A stretch of 64,000 bases of DNA from NCBI GenBank assembly GCA_965240325.2, contig OZ251226.1, forward strand, positions 2,852,001 to 2,916,000, written 5' to 3'. This document shows positions 38,502-49,553 of the stretch, piece by piece. Below the pieces are notes generated by a model, which saw nothing but the letters and a program-made list of their open reading frames with translations, was not told the DNA's origin and searched no databases. The stretch's first letter is position 1; each line of letters begins with the position of its first letter. Origin of the DNA: Rebecca billardiae RCC1528 (lineage: Eukaryota; Protista; Haptophyta). The position numbers and the translations under genes are program-made.

Positions 38502-39568
38502 CGCGCCCGTGTGTCGACGACCGCTGATGATTGCCGCCAGCAAACCTGGAGCTGCTGACGAGCGCGCTCGCGCGTCGTCTTTGACGGAAGCTCGGCGCCG
38601 CCGGCCGCGCGTCGAGCCAGCCGGGGCGAGCCATCCGCCGCCTGCCCGCAACCGATGAGGCAACGTCCACGAACGCCCAACGCTCGGCATCGGTCCGGAC
38701 GTTCGGAGGCTCCCCAGGACTTCCGAATTCGCAGCGGGTGACGTCACTTTTAGAAAAAAATGCTGTCAGCTGAGTGTCAGCAGCATCGCGTAGCCCGTAA
38801 CTTCGGCCGCTGTCCCAGACTCACTGTCCCTCGCGCCTCGGGCCAGCGAGCAGGCCATTAGGCATTACTCGGGCGGCTAAGCATCACGCACCATTTTAGA
38901 TTTTAGAACTGAATTCTAGTCTGATCGATCTCAGACGATCCGATCTGTCGTAGACGTAAGACGTAGTAGTTTTAAAATCACTCATTAATCATTACGCTGT
39001 CACGTATCAGACGTATTACTAAATATTGCTGGTCAGCACTCTAACACAGCAAGACAGCATTTATTGATTTAAAGTTTAGATCCCACTACTGATTGAGACG
39101 ATGGCGATACCGTTAAGCTACCATAATTTAATAATCATTAGGCTACATAAGGCTGCATTTACTTATTTAATCGTCTTTTGACGAATAATTAGTAGACGAC
39201 TCAGCTGCAGCGTAAACCATAAGCGTTACCGTGACTACAGTACCGCGGCCGAGTCACCGCGTCGGGCGGCGTCGGCGGCGGGCGCCGCCCGGGCACTCGG
39301 GCCGACTCAGACTGTACTCTGAGTCTGACTCTGTAGACAGTGTAGTCCGCTGAGCGGCGGGGCGATATGTCAAACGGCCGACGACATCAGGAGCAGCCCA
39401 AGCAGGCGATCGACTTCACTGGTGTTGCGACTTCGCTCTTCAGACTTTTACGGCGTCACCTGACTGTAGCCATTGCCCGGCGGTGCCCGCCGCTGCCACC
39501 GCCGCCGCCAGCGGCGTCGATCACGTTGACGATTCGCTCCGGGGGAGGGGAAGGGGGGCTGATCCTCG

Positions 39569-40459
39569 TCACACGTCGGACTCCTCGTCACTACTCGCCT
39601 CCCCCGATCGGTCGCCGTCCTCGCTGGAGCCGGAAGCCTCGTCGGAGCCCGAAGAGTCGCTCTCGCTCTGGATGACGCGCTTGCGCTTCGCGCCGGCGCT
39701 GCCCTTCTTTGCCTCTTGGGCGCTGGAAGGCGCCGCCGGTGAGCCGCCATCCACGTTCCCGTCGGTTGGGCTGCCGCATGCGTCGGCAGCACGGACGAGC
39801 TCTGGCGGCAGCGCCCACGGATCCGCACACGAGCGGCGCCTGGGCCGTCCCCCGGACGCTTCTCCGCCTGTCGAGGGCAGGATGTTGGAGGTGTCGATGC
39901 CATCCAGCTCGCGCTCGAGCGCCTTCTTGGCAGCGAACTGCGCGAGCTCCGCGCGCGACGGACGCTCGCTGAGGCCGGCCGAGGTCAGGATGCCCTTGAG
40001 CCGCTCGAGAACCTCCTTGCCCTCCATCGTCGCGATGCCTCTGATCGACGCGAGGCGGGCCTGCAGGCCGGCCTTCTTGATGGCTGCGCGCGCAGCCTCG
40101 ATCTGCTTGACCACACGCGGCGAAGAGCGCTCCCACGCGTGGCCAGCCGACGTGGTGGCCGACGGCTTCTTCGCTTGCTGCGTCGAGGGCTTCGTCGAGC
40201 CCTTCTTCGACGACTTTGAAGGCTTCTGCGCCACGTCGTCCTCGTCCGTGGGCATCTCTTCGTGCTCCGCCTCGGCTGCAGATGCCGCTGCGTCGGCGCA
40301 CGCCTGCATGCACTTGAGAATGTGCCCCTTCTTCTCGATGAGGGATGTGCCCAGCTCTTGCTCGAGCTGCAGGCGCACTGCCTTCGTCGTCATCGGCTGG
40401 TCGCCGTCGGCCACGCCGAACAGCTCGCGCACGCGCTCCTCGATCCACTTGTGCGACAT
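39569..40459 (-). CDS. DEK-C plus CHZ-domain histone chaperone (HIRIP3-like)
   Basis: N-terminal TTKAVRLQLEQELGTSLIEKKGHI (DEK-C-like); ERELDGIDTSNILPS..GRPRRR (CHZ-like); acidic tail. Confidence 0.8.
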   Translation of the reverse strand: MSHKWIEERVRELFGVADGDQPMTTKAVRLQLEQELGTSLIEKKGHILKCMQACADAAASAAEAEHEEMPTDEDDVAQKPSKSSKKGSTKPSTQQAKKPSATTSAGHAWERSSPRVVKQIEAARAAIKKAGLQARLASIRGIATMEGKEVLERLKGILTSAGLSERPSRAELAQFAAKKALERELDGIDTSNILPSTGGEASGGRPRRRSCADPWALPPELVRAADACGSPTDGNVDGGSPAAPSSAQEAKKGSAGAKRKRVIQSESDSSGSDEASGSSEDGDRSGEASSDEESDV

Positions 40460-40630
40460 AAGATCTCCGTGTGTCGTGTGACGAGAGTGACCGTTAGACG
40501 GGTGCGCACCAGCCACCAACCGCACCGGACACAGGCACCAAAGTCCAAACGCCAAAGGATTCCGGGAGTGAGCGCCTGCGATGAGTTCTGCGAACCGTGG
40601 GCCGAAAGCCCGAAACAGAAAAAAGGCAGC

Positions 40631-42451
40631 ATGGGGGCAGCCTGCGCAAGCCGCGGGGTGTCCGCCGAGGAGTCTCCTCGCGGTGTGGTGACAGTGAGTG
40701 AGGGCGTGATCTCCGCAGACGCGGCGCGACAGCTGCGAGGAGAGGCTGAGAGTCGTCTCGACTCGAGGCTCCAGGCTAATCGGATCAACATGTCTCGCTT
40801 TGTCAACGCTGAGCCTCCACCCGCAAGCGACCCTGACTCGCGCATGCTGCGCGCCGTCGCCGCCGCGAGCGTCTACTCGGCGACGGAGGAGCATTTCCAG
40901 TACCTGACCACAGCGCCAGATGCATCCGTGCGCCTGAACGAGCTCGGCTTCGAGCTCTCGCCAGCGTCGATGAACTTTGGGTGCACCGGCCTCTCGATCA
41001 TCATTGAGCTGTCGCGTGAGATCAGGGACGCCGGCGAGGGCGTGCACAACGAGCCGATCACCATCGCGCAGCTCGGTCGCGTGTACGAGCTCAGGGCTAT
41101 GTGGGTCAAGATGCTCGATGCACACTCCATCCGCTCAATCCAGCACCCGCGGCTGGGCGTCGTCCCCATCGTGCAGCCGCTCCTGCACACGCTCATCCAG
41201 GCGCGCGGCCACAGCCAGGGCAACGGCATTCACGGCTCTCCCGACCCGATCTTCGCCGAGGTGATCGCAGCGGGCGCGCGGACGGACATCCCCAGCTCGC
41301 TGGGCTTCACGCCGATGCACGCCGTCATCGACGTGCACGCGCGCTCGGCCGAGTACACAGACGAGGACGACGAGTACGGTGCAGAGGGCGTGCGGCGGAA
41401 CCTCGCCCTCGCACGGATGCTGCTCAAGCACGGCGCGTCCGTGCTCGAGCCGACGGTGCCACACGGCGCCCGGAGCGTGGAGGGGCTGCGCCGAGAATCG
41501 GGGCTCAAGCCCATACTCGCGGAGCCGCGCGGCTACTCCGCGCTGGAGGCTTGCCGCTGGCAGCTCGCTCGGCACCACAGCAAGGGGCTCGAGCAGCTCG
41601 CGGGCGTTCTCGAAGAAGCTGCAGCCGCCGAGCAGCGCAGTCGCGCGCGAGACGATGCCGCAGAGCTGATCAAGGGCCCGGGCTCCGATGGCTGGCGCGA
41701 CCGCGCCAACCATCCGCTGGCGCGCGCAGATCTGCCCACGCCCAGCTGGGTGCAGGCCATCTTCAACATCGCCTGGCTCACGAGCCAGCTCACGGTGCTC
41801 GAGACGGCTGCAGAGCGGCGGCGGCTGCTCACCGAGATCTCGCCCCGGGCGCCTTTCCAGGTGCCGCTCATGACCGTGGTGCCATGGTCCACGCTCAAGC
41901 GGCTCGGCCGCCTGCCCAAGCGCGACACGTCGCGCGCGCACGTGGAGGACGGCTGGGATGGGCCCGTGCCCGTCGCGCTGCTCCCCGCGAACGCGACCGT
42001 GGTGTTCCTCAGTCATCGATGGCTGAGGCCCGGCCACCCCGACGACGCCGACACGGGCGGCACCAAGTTCAGCCAGATCACGTCCGTGATGGAGCTGCTC
42101 GCCGCCGAGCTGGGCGGTCGTGCGGAGGAGCTCTATCTCTGGGCCGACTACAGCTGCATCGACCAGTCGAACCCGTTCCCGGGCGTGCAGATGCTGCCGG
42201 CCATCATGGCGTGCTGCGAAGAGTTCGTGTACGTCAGCCACGAGCAATATCCCAGCAGAGCTTGGTGCCGCACAGAGCAGTTCTTCAACTGGCGCCTCAA
42301 GTGTCACGACCGCAAGTGGCGACTCGACGGCACCTCCATCACACAGGAGCGCCCCGAGGGCAGTGCCGAGCCCGCCACCGGACAGCTGTACTCCGAGGCG
42401 GACCGAGTGGCTCTCGTGAACATGACCGCTCTGTTCTCGTCGCCGCAGTGA
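40631..42451 (+). CDS. Ankyrin-repeat protein with C-terminal HET-like domain
   Basis: GFTPMHAVI...LARMLLKHGASV and GYSALEAC (ankyrin-like); VVFLSHRWLRPGHPD, LWADYSCIDQ, YPSRAWCRTE (HET-like). Confidence 0.75.
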   Translation: MGAACASRGVSAEESPRGVVTVSEGVISADAARQLRGEAESRLDSRLQANRINMSRFVNAEPPPASDPDSRMLRAVAAASVYSATEEHFQYLTTAPDASVRLNELGFELSPASMNFGCTGLSIIIELSREIRDAGEGVHNEPITIAQLGRVYELRAMWVKMLDAHSIRSIQHPRLGVVPIVQPLLHTLIQARGHSQGNGIHGSPDPIFAEVIAAGARTDIPSSLGFTPMHAVIDVHARSAEYTDEDDEYGAEGVRRNLALARMLLKHGASVLEPTVPHGARSVEGLRRESGLKPILAEPRGYSALEACRWQLARHHSKGLEQLAGVLEEAAAAEQRSRARDDAAELIKGPGSDGWRDRANHPLARADLPTPSWVQAIFNIAWLTSQLTVLETAAERRRLLTEISPRAPFQVPLMTVVPWSTLKRLGRLPKRDTSRAHVEDGWDGPVPVALLPANATVVFLSHRWLRPGHPDDADTGGTKFSQITSVMELLAAELGGRAEELYLWADYSCIDQSNPFPGVQMLPAIMACCEEFVYVSHEQYPSRAWCRTEQFFNWRLKCHDRKWRLDGTSITQERPEGSAEPATGQLYSEADRVALVNMTALFSSPQ

Positions 42452-42633
42452 CCGCAGCCTACCTTAGGCTTAGCACGGGGCCGCTGCCTCACTCAATACT
42501 CACCCATCACCGCATTATTGATTGCCACGTCGGCCGACTTCAGACTAACTAATATAGTTGTAATTATTTTCAAGATGACCGACATGACCGTCGACCACTC
42601 GACGGGCGCGTCGTCAGCATGTTTAAAAATATT

Positions 42634-42635
<2 letters not shown>

Positions 42636-42721
<86 letters not shown>

Positions 42722-42750
42722 AGATCTCTCTCTCTCTCTCTCTCTCGAGA

Positions 42751-42782
<32 letters not shown>

Positions 42783-42820
42783 ACTCTCTTACTCTCTCTC
42801 TCTCTCTAGGGGGGGGGGGG
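42636..42820. repeat. (CT)n microsatellite followed by a poly-G run
   Basis: Direct reading. Confidence 0.95.
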
Positions 42821-43346
42821 GGTATTGGCGGCACAACAACTGATTGTCTAAGAGGACGGTGGCAGAGCGCAATGCGCCGTATTGTCAACACCTGCCTGCC
42901 GCCATTCAGCCCGAGCCAGGCGGCTGAGCTCAAGAGTCAAGTCCGGCTGCCATCTATCTATCTTGCCCTTGGCCACCCTCTTCTGCTCGTGCCACGAGGG
43001 ACTTTCGAGCCTGCTCTGTGCGCACGCACGACGGCCTAGATACTCACTGCGCTGCTGGGGCATAGGCTAATAGGCAAGGTTGGCATGGCGGTCAGGACGG
43101 CCAATTCCTGAACTGGGTTTTTCATCAGGCGCCGAGCCAACCGTTACCGTCGCTGCTGCGTGCCTCCCGCTCACTCGCAGCGAGCGCCCTTCGGAAGCGC
43201 CCACTGTCCTGATGGGCTGATGGATGCAGCTATTTCCGGCGGCCCGCAGCTTCGAGGCGCCCTGTGCACGATCCGATGGTCCTTCGTGCCTCGCTGCGGC
43301 TGTCGTGCGGCTTGGCGGCTCTCGAGCTGCGTCTTCCTTGAAGCTG

Positions 43347-43471
<125 letters not shown>

Positions 43472-43739
43472 TCTGCCCGCGGCATTCACGAGCCGGAGAC
43501 GACGAAGAAGATCGAACAGAAACCGGACGTAAGGGCTCACCGCCGACAGAAGACGAGCACGGTTCCACGAGAAGCGCAGCCCCCGGGTACAGTCACCCCC
43601 GGGTCAATCAACAACGATGACACAACGAGCCTCAAGAAGCCACAGCCGCAGAAGGGCTCGCCGCCCACACACACACAGAAGCCGGAGCCTCTACGAAGCC
43701 ACATCGCGCAGACGTGAGCACGCAAGGGCGGGACACCCG

Positions 43740-44311
43740 GGACAGACCGGGCGGGGAAGGAACAACCTCGTCAACAAATCCGTAGTCGGTAGACTGGGAC
43801 GGACTACAGCCCCTCGCGCGGGGTGTCCCCAGGTGACTTACGGTTGCGAGCCGATTTAGCTCAGTCGGCAAACGGGTTTTCAACCGGTTTATCATCTGGC
43901 TATCATCAGACATTTTTCGGTAGGCGGCGGCCGCCAGGCTATCATCGAGACAGATAATATATTGAAATTATTTGCAGAGGCTAGCTAGTAGTTAGTAAGA
44001 TAGTATTGTTAAATCCAAGTGTGCCAGTGACAGAAGTTAGTGCAGCCAATCAGCAGTACTGAGTTACTGAGTAATTCACGCCACCTACGACTACTGAGTA
44101 AGCGACGGTAGCTTAAGCGACGCTACTCGTCTAGCTAGTCACTATATAAGTCAGAGGACAGACCGGGCGGGGAAGGAACAACCACGTCAACAAATCCGTA
44201 GTCGGTAGACTGGGACGGACTACAGCCCCTCGCGGGGTGTCCCCAGGTGACTTACGGTTATGATAAACCGGTTTAGAAAACCCGTTTGCCGACTGAGCTA
44301 AATCGGCTCGC
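43740..44311. repeat. Duplicated ~105-bp segment (43740-43845, 44156-44259), each copy followed by the same ~50-bp segment in opposite orientation (43846-43895 vs 44260-44311)
   Basis: Direct sequence comparison. Confidence 0.92.
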
Positions 44312-44513
44312 GCGATTTAATTCGCTCCGGGAGCTAGTCCGGGGCCTGCCGACTCCGGCAGCACTGACCACGTCCAGTCGTCCACGGCAGACCACTCGCG
44401 GCGTGTAGGCTACATTTAAAATATTAGCGTAGCCGCGGGCACGGATTAATTTCTCACAGCGGCGCGGCAGACTCACTGATCACTAAACGCGGAGTGTAGC
44501 TGACCATGGGCTA

Positions 44514-44822
44514 CTAGTGCGATGGAGGGCGAAGCCAATTCTCAACAAACGGCACTGGCAGATGCATCGCCCATGCTGTCAGGGTGGCGACGTTGGTGAG
44601 CAGGAGAAAGCATGCGAGCCAGCTCGACACCGACCAACGATTGTCCTCATCGTCCTCCTCCTCAGCATTTTCCAGCTGCTGCGTGCGATCGGTACTTCTC
44701 GGCGGGGCCGGTGCTGATGCCGTCAGCAAAGGGCTTGCAAACTGCGCGAGCGATCCGGAGCCGTCGACGGTGCCACGACTCCGGGCCACGTGCAGCCGCA
44801 GCCGGTCGAGCGCAGTAGCCAT
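44514..44822 (-). CDS. Small hypothetical protein with C-terminal transmembrane segment
   Basis: Acidic patch (EEEDDED) followed by WSVSSWLACFLLLTNVATLTAWAM. Confidence 0.5.
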   Translation of the reverse strand: MATALDRLRLHVARSRGTVDGSGSLAQFASPLLTASAPAPPRSTDRTQQLENAEEEDDEDNRWSVSSWLACFLLLTNVATLTAWAMHLPVPFVENWLRPPSH

Positions 44823-45920
44823 TACCGAAGGACGCACCCGGCCGAGCCGGTGGGCGTGGCTTGCACGTACAGGCTGGTCTCACCAAGAACTTCCCGAGCG
44901 CTGCCGACGTGTCCGCGCTCGCGGCGGGCGAGCACGGGGAATCGGCTGAGTACGATCGCTCGCATCGTGGGTCTAGTCCCCAACAAAATTGTCCGCGGAG
45001 CCGCGCGCGTCGCTCACCTCGTGCCCGGCGCTCCGCCGCGGAGGCGCCGTCACAGTGGTTTTCACAGTGGGCCGAGCAGTCTGAAGTGGCGCTGAACTGA
45101 GGTTTCGTCGGGGTTTCCGCAGTCCGGCGGGCTTCTGCCACTTCGGACGCCCAGGCGGCATCCATCACCACGAGGTCGGCCACGCGCGGACCTGGCCCGC
45201 GCGGAGGCGGAGCATGGCGCACTGCTTGATGACTGCGCCCGCGCGAGCCGTTCCATGATCGCTGTGGTTACAGCCAAAGCCCCTGCCTCTGTTGGTGGGA
45301 CCTCGCCAGATGCACTTGTCACTTGCGCGCCGCTCGAACGGCTCCGAACGAACACGACGAGCACATTGCACTTCGTCGCAGTTGGCTCACTCGCAGCAGG
45401 TATTCGAATCTGTCGCAGTGGAAGCGGGGGGTGCGAGAGCCTACGTACGTCTGTCAAGGGCAGCCGCACGCTTCAACATTGCGAAGGAGTTCCGCCCTGA
45501 ACAGTGCGGCGGCAAGGCGGGTTGAGTGTGCTCCAAGCAACATCGTCAGGCACTGATACAGGTGGGGAGGCGCAGGAAGGACGTTGCAACGAGCGCGATG
45601 AGGCCCACATACCTCGACAGCATGGGAGAGACGCGCTGTGGGACATGAAGACACCTGTCACTCATGCCAGGTCCCACGTTGACCCGCAACGCTCGGCGGC
45701 TTCTGCGGGCGAGAACAACGACGCAATGTTTCAGTGCTACAGCGAGGGTGGGGATGAGGAGAGGGGCTTGGGGTACGGGCAACCGTGTGAACAACACCAC
45801 TAGGGGTCGCACGGACCGAGATCGCGCGCCGTTCATTTTTTGCAGGGGGGTGGGGGTTTGAATCTCGACAACGGCGGGGCGGACAGAGGCGTGCGACCCC
45901 TCGTCGGAGAGCTCTCGATG

Positions 45921-47832
45921 TGCTATGTTACGGGTAACGTGGGTTTGCGAGTACGCGGCGAGCTCATGGTCCGGACCCGTCGATCGGGTCCCTCCCGCCT
46001 GTGCTCGTTTTGGGTGGCGTCACGACGCCACCCTAAACGAGCGCTCCGCGCCGCCTCGGCGGCGCGTGGGCAGCTACCACCGGCCAGTCCAATCGGACGA
46101 CAGGGCCGAGGACCCAAACGGATCGGCATGGGCTCCTCACGCCGCCGGCGCGGCACACGAGGAGCACCAGCCACCCCAATCGGGGGAGCGGAGGGCGAAT
46201 CCGGCCTCCACTCTCTCACGCCTGGCGACGACGGTGGGTCGCCCGGCGCCGATGGTGCCGTTACCGGCAGCGAGCCCTCGGTGGGGGCTCCTGGTGACGA
46301 AGACGCTGAACCGGACGACGCTGGCCCTACCGGTGCTGGCGGTCGCCTTCAGCGTGGTGCTGAGAACCGGCTACCCGGTGAACACACGCTACCGCCGCGA
46401 GCGCACAACGCAAACGCACGTGGGCTCGCAGTGGACGAGGCGGTACTGGAGGATCGCCTGGGGCGAATGGAATCGCGACTACGGGAGTTGGAGTCGACGA
46501 ACGAGGAGCTGCGACAGGCGAACGAGCGGCTCTCGGCGGCGGCTACCAGGCACGACGAGGACGCGCGGCGTCTGGATCCTTCGACGAATCGGCGTTTTTG
46601 TCGCTTCGTTGATGGGAATCCGGGCCGCGTGGACGCCGGAGTGGACCCTCGCGACCGGACTGTCCCACGGCTGATGGTGCCAGATACCGACGCAGCTCGG
46701 AACCTATGGGTGATGGGACGCGACTACTCGCGCCAATCGGCGCTTTTCAAGGGGTACATTTACTCCAACGCGGTGGAATACTACCTGTACAACGTGGCCG
46801 GTACGATCCAATATCTGCTGGACAGCTTCGGTCGCAACGACCTCGATTCTGAGGAGCTCGAAATCGAGCTCGAAGCTTGCTGGAATACCATCGATAAGCT
46901 TCTGGAAATCACTGGCTCCGTCAAAGCGGTACCTATCCTTCGCTCGCGATTCGCTGCAAACATGCAGCCTGGCGACGAGCAGCACGCTGCGTATGCGCTA
47001 CGCGCCAAGCAGATCGAGGATCTGCACCGCCCGGCTCTCCCGGAGATCTCTCCGCAAGTGGACGAGATCCTGCGCGCCGCCGATCGGGCGGTCGACGCTG
47101 CCGTGGCTAAGCAGCAGGCTGCTGCGGCCGCCCTCGCGCGCACGGTGAAGCCGACCAAGCTTCCGGTGCAACCGCTGGGGCGGCAGCCGCCTGGTCCCCC
47201 GGGGACCACCCCCGATGTCCACAAGGACCGACCCGTCGGCAGAGACCGACCTGCAGGGGCGACTGCCCCACGTGCGGGCACCGCCCGCCCCGCGCCGCCG
47301 CGCGACCACGCGCGAGCCGCTCACGCCGAACTGGACGAGGACAACCACACGTCCGACGAGTAACGATGCCGACGTCGACGTCGACATCGCCCGGATGGCG
47401 ATCAACGCCAGTCCGCTCCCCACAGCCGCACGCTCGGCTGGTACGGCATCCTGCATGCCCCGCCGCTGTTGGCCATCCTCGGCGCGCACCCGTGCTCTTT
47501 GGTGGCAAATCATCGAGCCGTGACTCTTAGCAAATGCTATGTTACGGGTAACGTGGGTTTGCGAGTACGCGGCGAGCTCATGGTCCGGACCCGTCGATCG
47601 GGTCCCTCCCGCCTGTGCTCGTTTTGGGTGGCGTCACGACGCCACCCTAACCCACCACGCCCCCCCCTGATGCTCGTTTTGGAGTGGGGGCCCGCAGCGA
47701 CCGCACCCACTGGGCGTGGATCAGCCGCGGACCGACGCTGAGGGCCAGCCGGCCCCATCTGGGACTGCTGCCCCTCTGTCTGATGATTAACGTAGCTGCC
47801 TGGCAAATCATCGAGCCGTGACTCTTAGCAAA
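45921..47832 (+). mobile_element. Split-direct-repeat element (PAT/Ngaro/TOC1-like tyrosine-recombinase retrotransposon derivative), non-autonomous
   Basis: A1 45921-46036 = A2 47535-47650 (116 bp); B1 47503-47534 = B2 47801-47832 (32 bp); B1 directly abuts A2; single internal ORF. Confidence 0.82.
46128..47363 (+). CDS. Gag-like ORF of the split-direct-repeat element (411 aa)
   Basis: Intronless, lower GC3 than host genes; disordered N-terminus, coiled coil (LEDRLGRMESRLRELESTNEELRQANERL), helical core, Pro/Arg-rich tail. The gag call rests on position, not homology. Confidence 0.65.
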   Translation: MGSSRRRRGTRGAPATPIGGAEGESGLHSLTPGDDGGSPGADGAVTGSEPSVGAPGDEDAEPDDAGPTGAGGRLQRGAENRLPGEHTLPPRAHNANARGLAVDEAVLEDRLGRMESRLRELESTNEELRQANERLSAAATRHDEDARRLDPSTNRRFCRFVDGNPGRVDAGVDPRDRTVPRLMVPDTDAARNLWVMGRDYSRQSALFKGYIYSNAVEYYLYNVAGTIQYLLDSFGRNDLDSEELEIELEACWNTIDKLLEITGSVKAVPILRSRFAANMQPGDEQHAAYALRAKQIEDLHRPALPEISPQVDEILRAADRAVDAAVAKQQAAAAALARTVKPTKLPVQPLGRQPPGPPGTTPDVHKDRPVGRDRPAGATAPRAGTARPAPPRDHARAAHAELDEDNHTSDE

Positions 47833-48109
47833 CGGCCGATTTAATGGCGCCATCGAGAATTTTCCGCAGACGCAGTGGGACTGAAAAAACAAATCCAAAG
47901 CCTCGGGAAGTTTTTGTTGAGACCAGCCTGTACTGATGCGAAGCGGCACCGCTTCAGCGGGTTGGCGCGCGCCCGCCATCTCATGAGAACGACTGACGAA
48001 ATCGAATATGTTTTCGCGCCCGATTCGCCTGCCCACGAGGCTGCTGACCACGTCGTGGGCAGCCGTCCTCGTCAGCCGGCGCACCGGTCCTACGCGCGCG
48101 TCAGTCGTC

Positions 48110-49553
48110 ATGGGGAAGGAGAGCAAGAACAAGCGCACCAAGGACGAGGCGGACGAGGAGGCAGGGCTGAAGAAGGAGAAGAAGGAGAAGAAGGAGAAGA
48201 AGGAGAAGAAGGAGAAGAAGCAGAAGCTGGAGGACGCCTCCGCGGTCCCGACATCGGACCCGGCGTCGGAGCCGGGCACGCCGGGTGACTCCAAGGCGGA
48301 TAAGAAGGCGGATAAGGCGGCGAAGAAGGCGGCGAAGAAGGCGTCGAAGACGGGTGGCGATGATGGCTCGGCCGCGGGCGACGAAGCACCGGCTACGCCC
48401 GGTGCTGGTGCGGCGGCCGCGGGTGCGGATGCGGGCGGCAGCACGACTGTGTTTGTCGCCAACCTGAGCTGGAGCATTGACGACGATGCCATCAAGAAGG
48501 CCTTCGAGTCGTGCGGCGAGATCGTGAACATCAAGTGGCTCTCGGATAAGTCCACTGGCCGCTTCAAGGTCCGAAGCACGCCCCGCGTCCCGTGCGCCGT
48601 GTGCTGCTATGCCACCCGCTCACACGCCGCCCACGCCGCGCCTGCCATTGTCGCTCCGCCTACAGGGCTGCGGCTTCCTCGAGTTCGCGTCCGCCGGTGC
48701 CGCGGCCGCTGCGGTCGAGAAGAACGGCGAGGACCTGATGGAGCGGCCGATGAAGGTGACGCCGGCCGAGACCAAGCCGGCGCGCGGCGCGGGCGGCGCC
48801 GGCGGCGCGGCGTTTGGCGGGGCCGAGCACAACCCGGGCGAGCCGAACTCGGAGGTGTACGTGGGCAACCTGTCGTACGACGTCGACGACGACTCGATCA
48901 AGTCGGCGCTCGCTGACTGCGGCACGATCACCAACATCCGTTGGATCACCGACCGCGAGAGCGGCGAGTTCAAGGGCGCGGGCTTCATCCAGTTTGGCTC
49001 GCTGGAGGAGTCGGCAAAGGCGGTGGCGATGCACGGCACCGACGTCCTCGGCCGCCCCATCCGCGTGGCGTACGCGAAGGGCAAGCCCGAGCGCGCGGGC
49101 GGGAACGACAGGGGCGGCGCTGGCGGCAAGAAGTTCGAGAACAAGCTCTCGGAGAAGCCCGAAGGCTGCACCAAGGTGTTCTGCGGCAACCTCTCGTACG
49201 AGATTGACGACGACTCGATGAAGAAGTTCTTCGGCGACTGCGGCGACGTCGTCGCGATCCGGTGGCTCACGGACAGGTGCGCGCAGCCAAGCGCCGCCGG
49301 ATGGCCTGCCGCGCGGTCGCGCGCGCAGCCACACTCGCGAGCGGGCACCATGCGCGCCGGGGCGGATGCGGTCGCAACTCATCCGCCATCCCCGTGGCAC
49401 GCGCGCGCGCCCCCCCTCCTCCGCAGGAACACGGGCGACTTCAAGGGAGTCGGCTTCGTCGACTTTGGCACCGAGGCGGCCGTGGACAAGGCGATCAAGA
49501 AGGCGGGTGAGCGCCTGCTCGGTCGGCCCATCCGCATCGACTATGCCAGCTAG
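48110..49553 (+). CDS. Nucleolin-like protein with three RRMs; exons 48110-48568, 48666-49276, 49427-49553
   Basis: KKE repeats; RNP2 VFVANL/VYVGNL/VFCGNL; RNP1 KGCGFLEF/KGAGFIQF/KGVGFVDF. Confidence 0.92.

Larger units (their letters stand above)
44870..47930. mobile_element. Tc1/mariner-type non-autonomous TIR element (29-bp TIRs, TA target duplication) carrying a nested retroelement
   Basis: TA|caggctggtctcaccaagaacttcccgag (44870-44898) vs ctcgggaagtttttgttgagaccagcctg|TA (47902-47930); 2 mismatches. Confidence 0.88.

Noticed and set aside
45921-47650. Conventional LTR retrotransposon/TRIM
   Set aside because: The 116-bp repeats do not end in CA, no TSD or PPT is evident, and the extra B repeats fit a split-direct-repeat layout
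47780-47832. Hammerhead ribozyme at CTGATGA motifs (also 23292, 28198, 56129)
   Set aside because: No correctly placed GAAA core or supporting stems seen by eye
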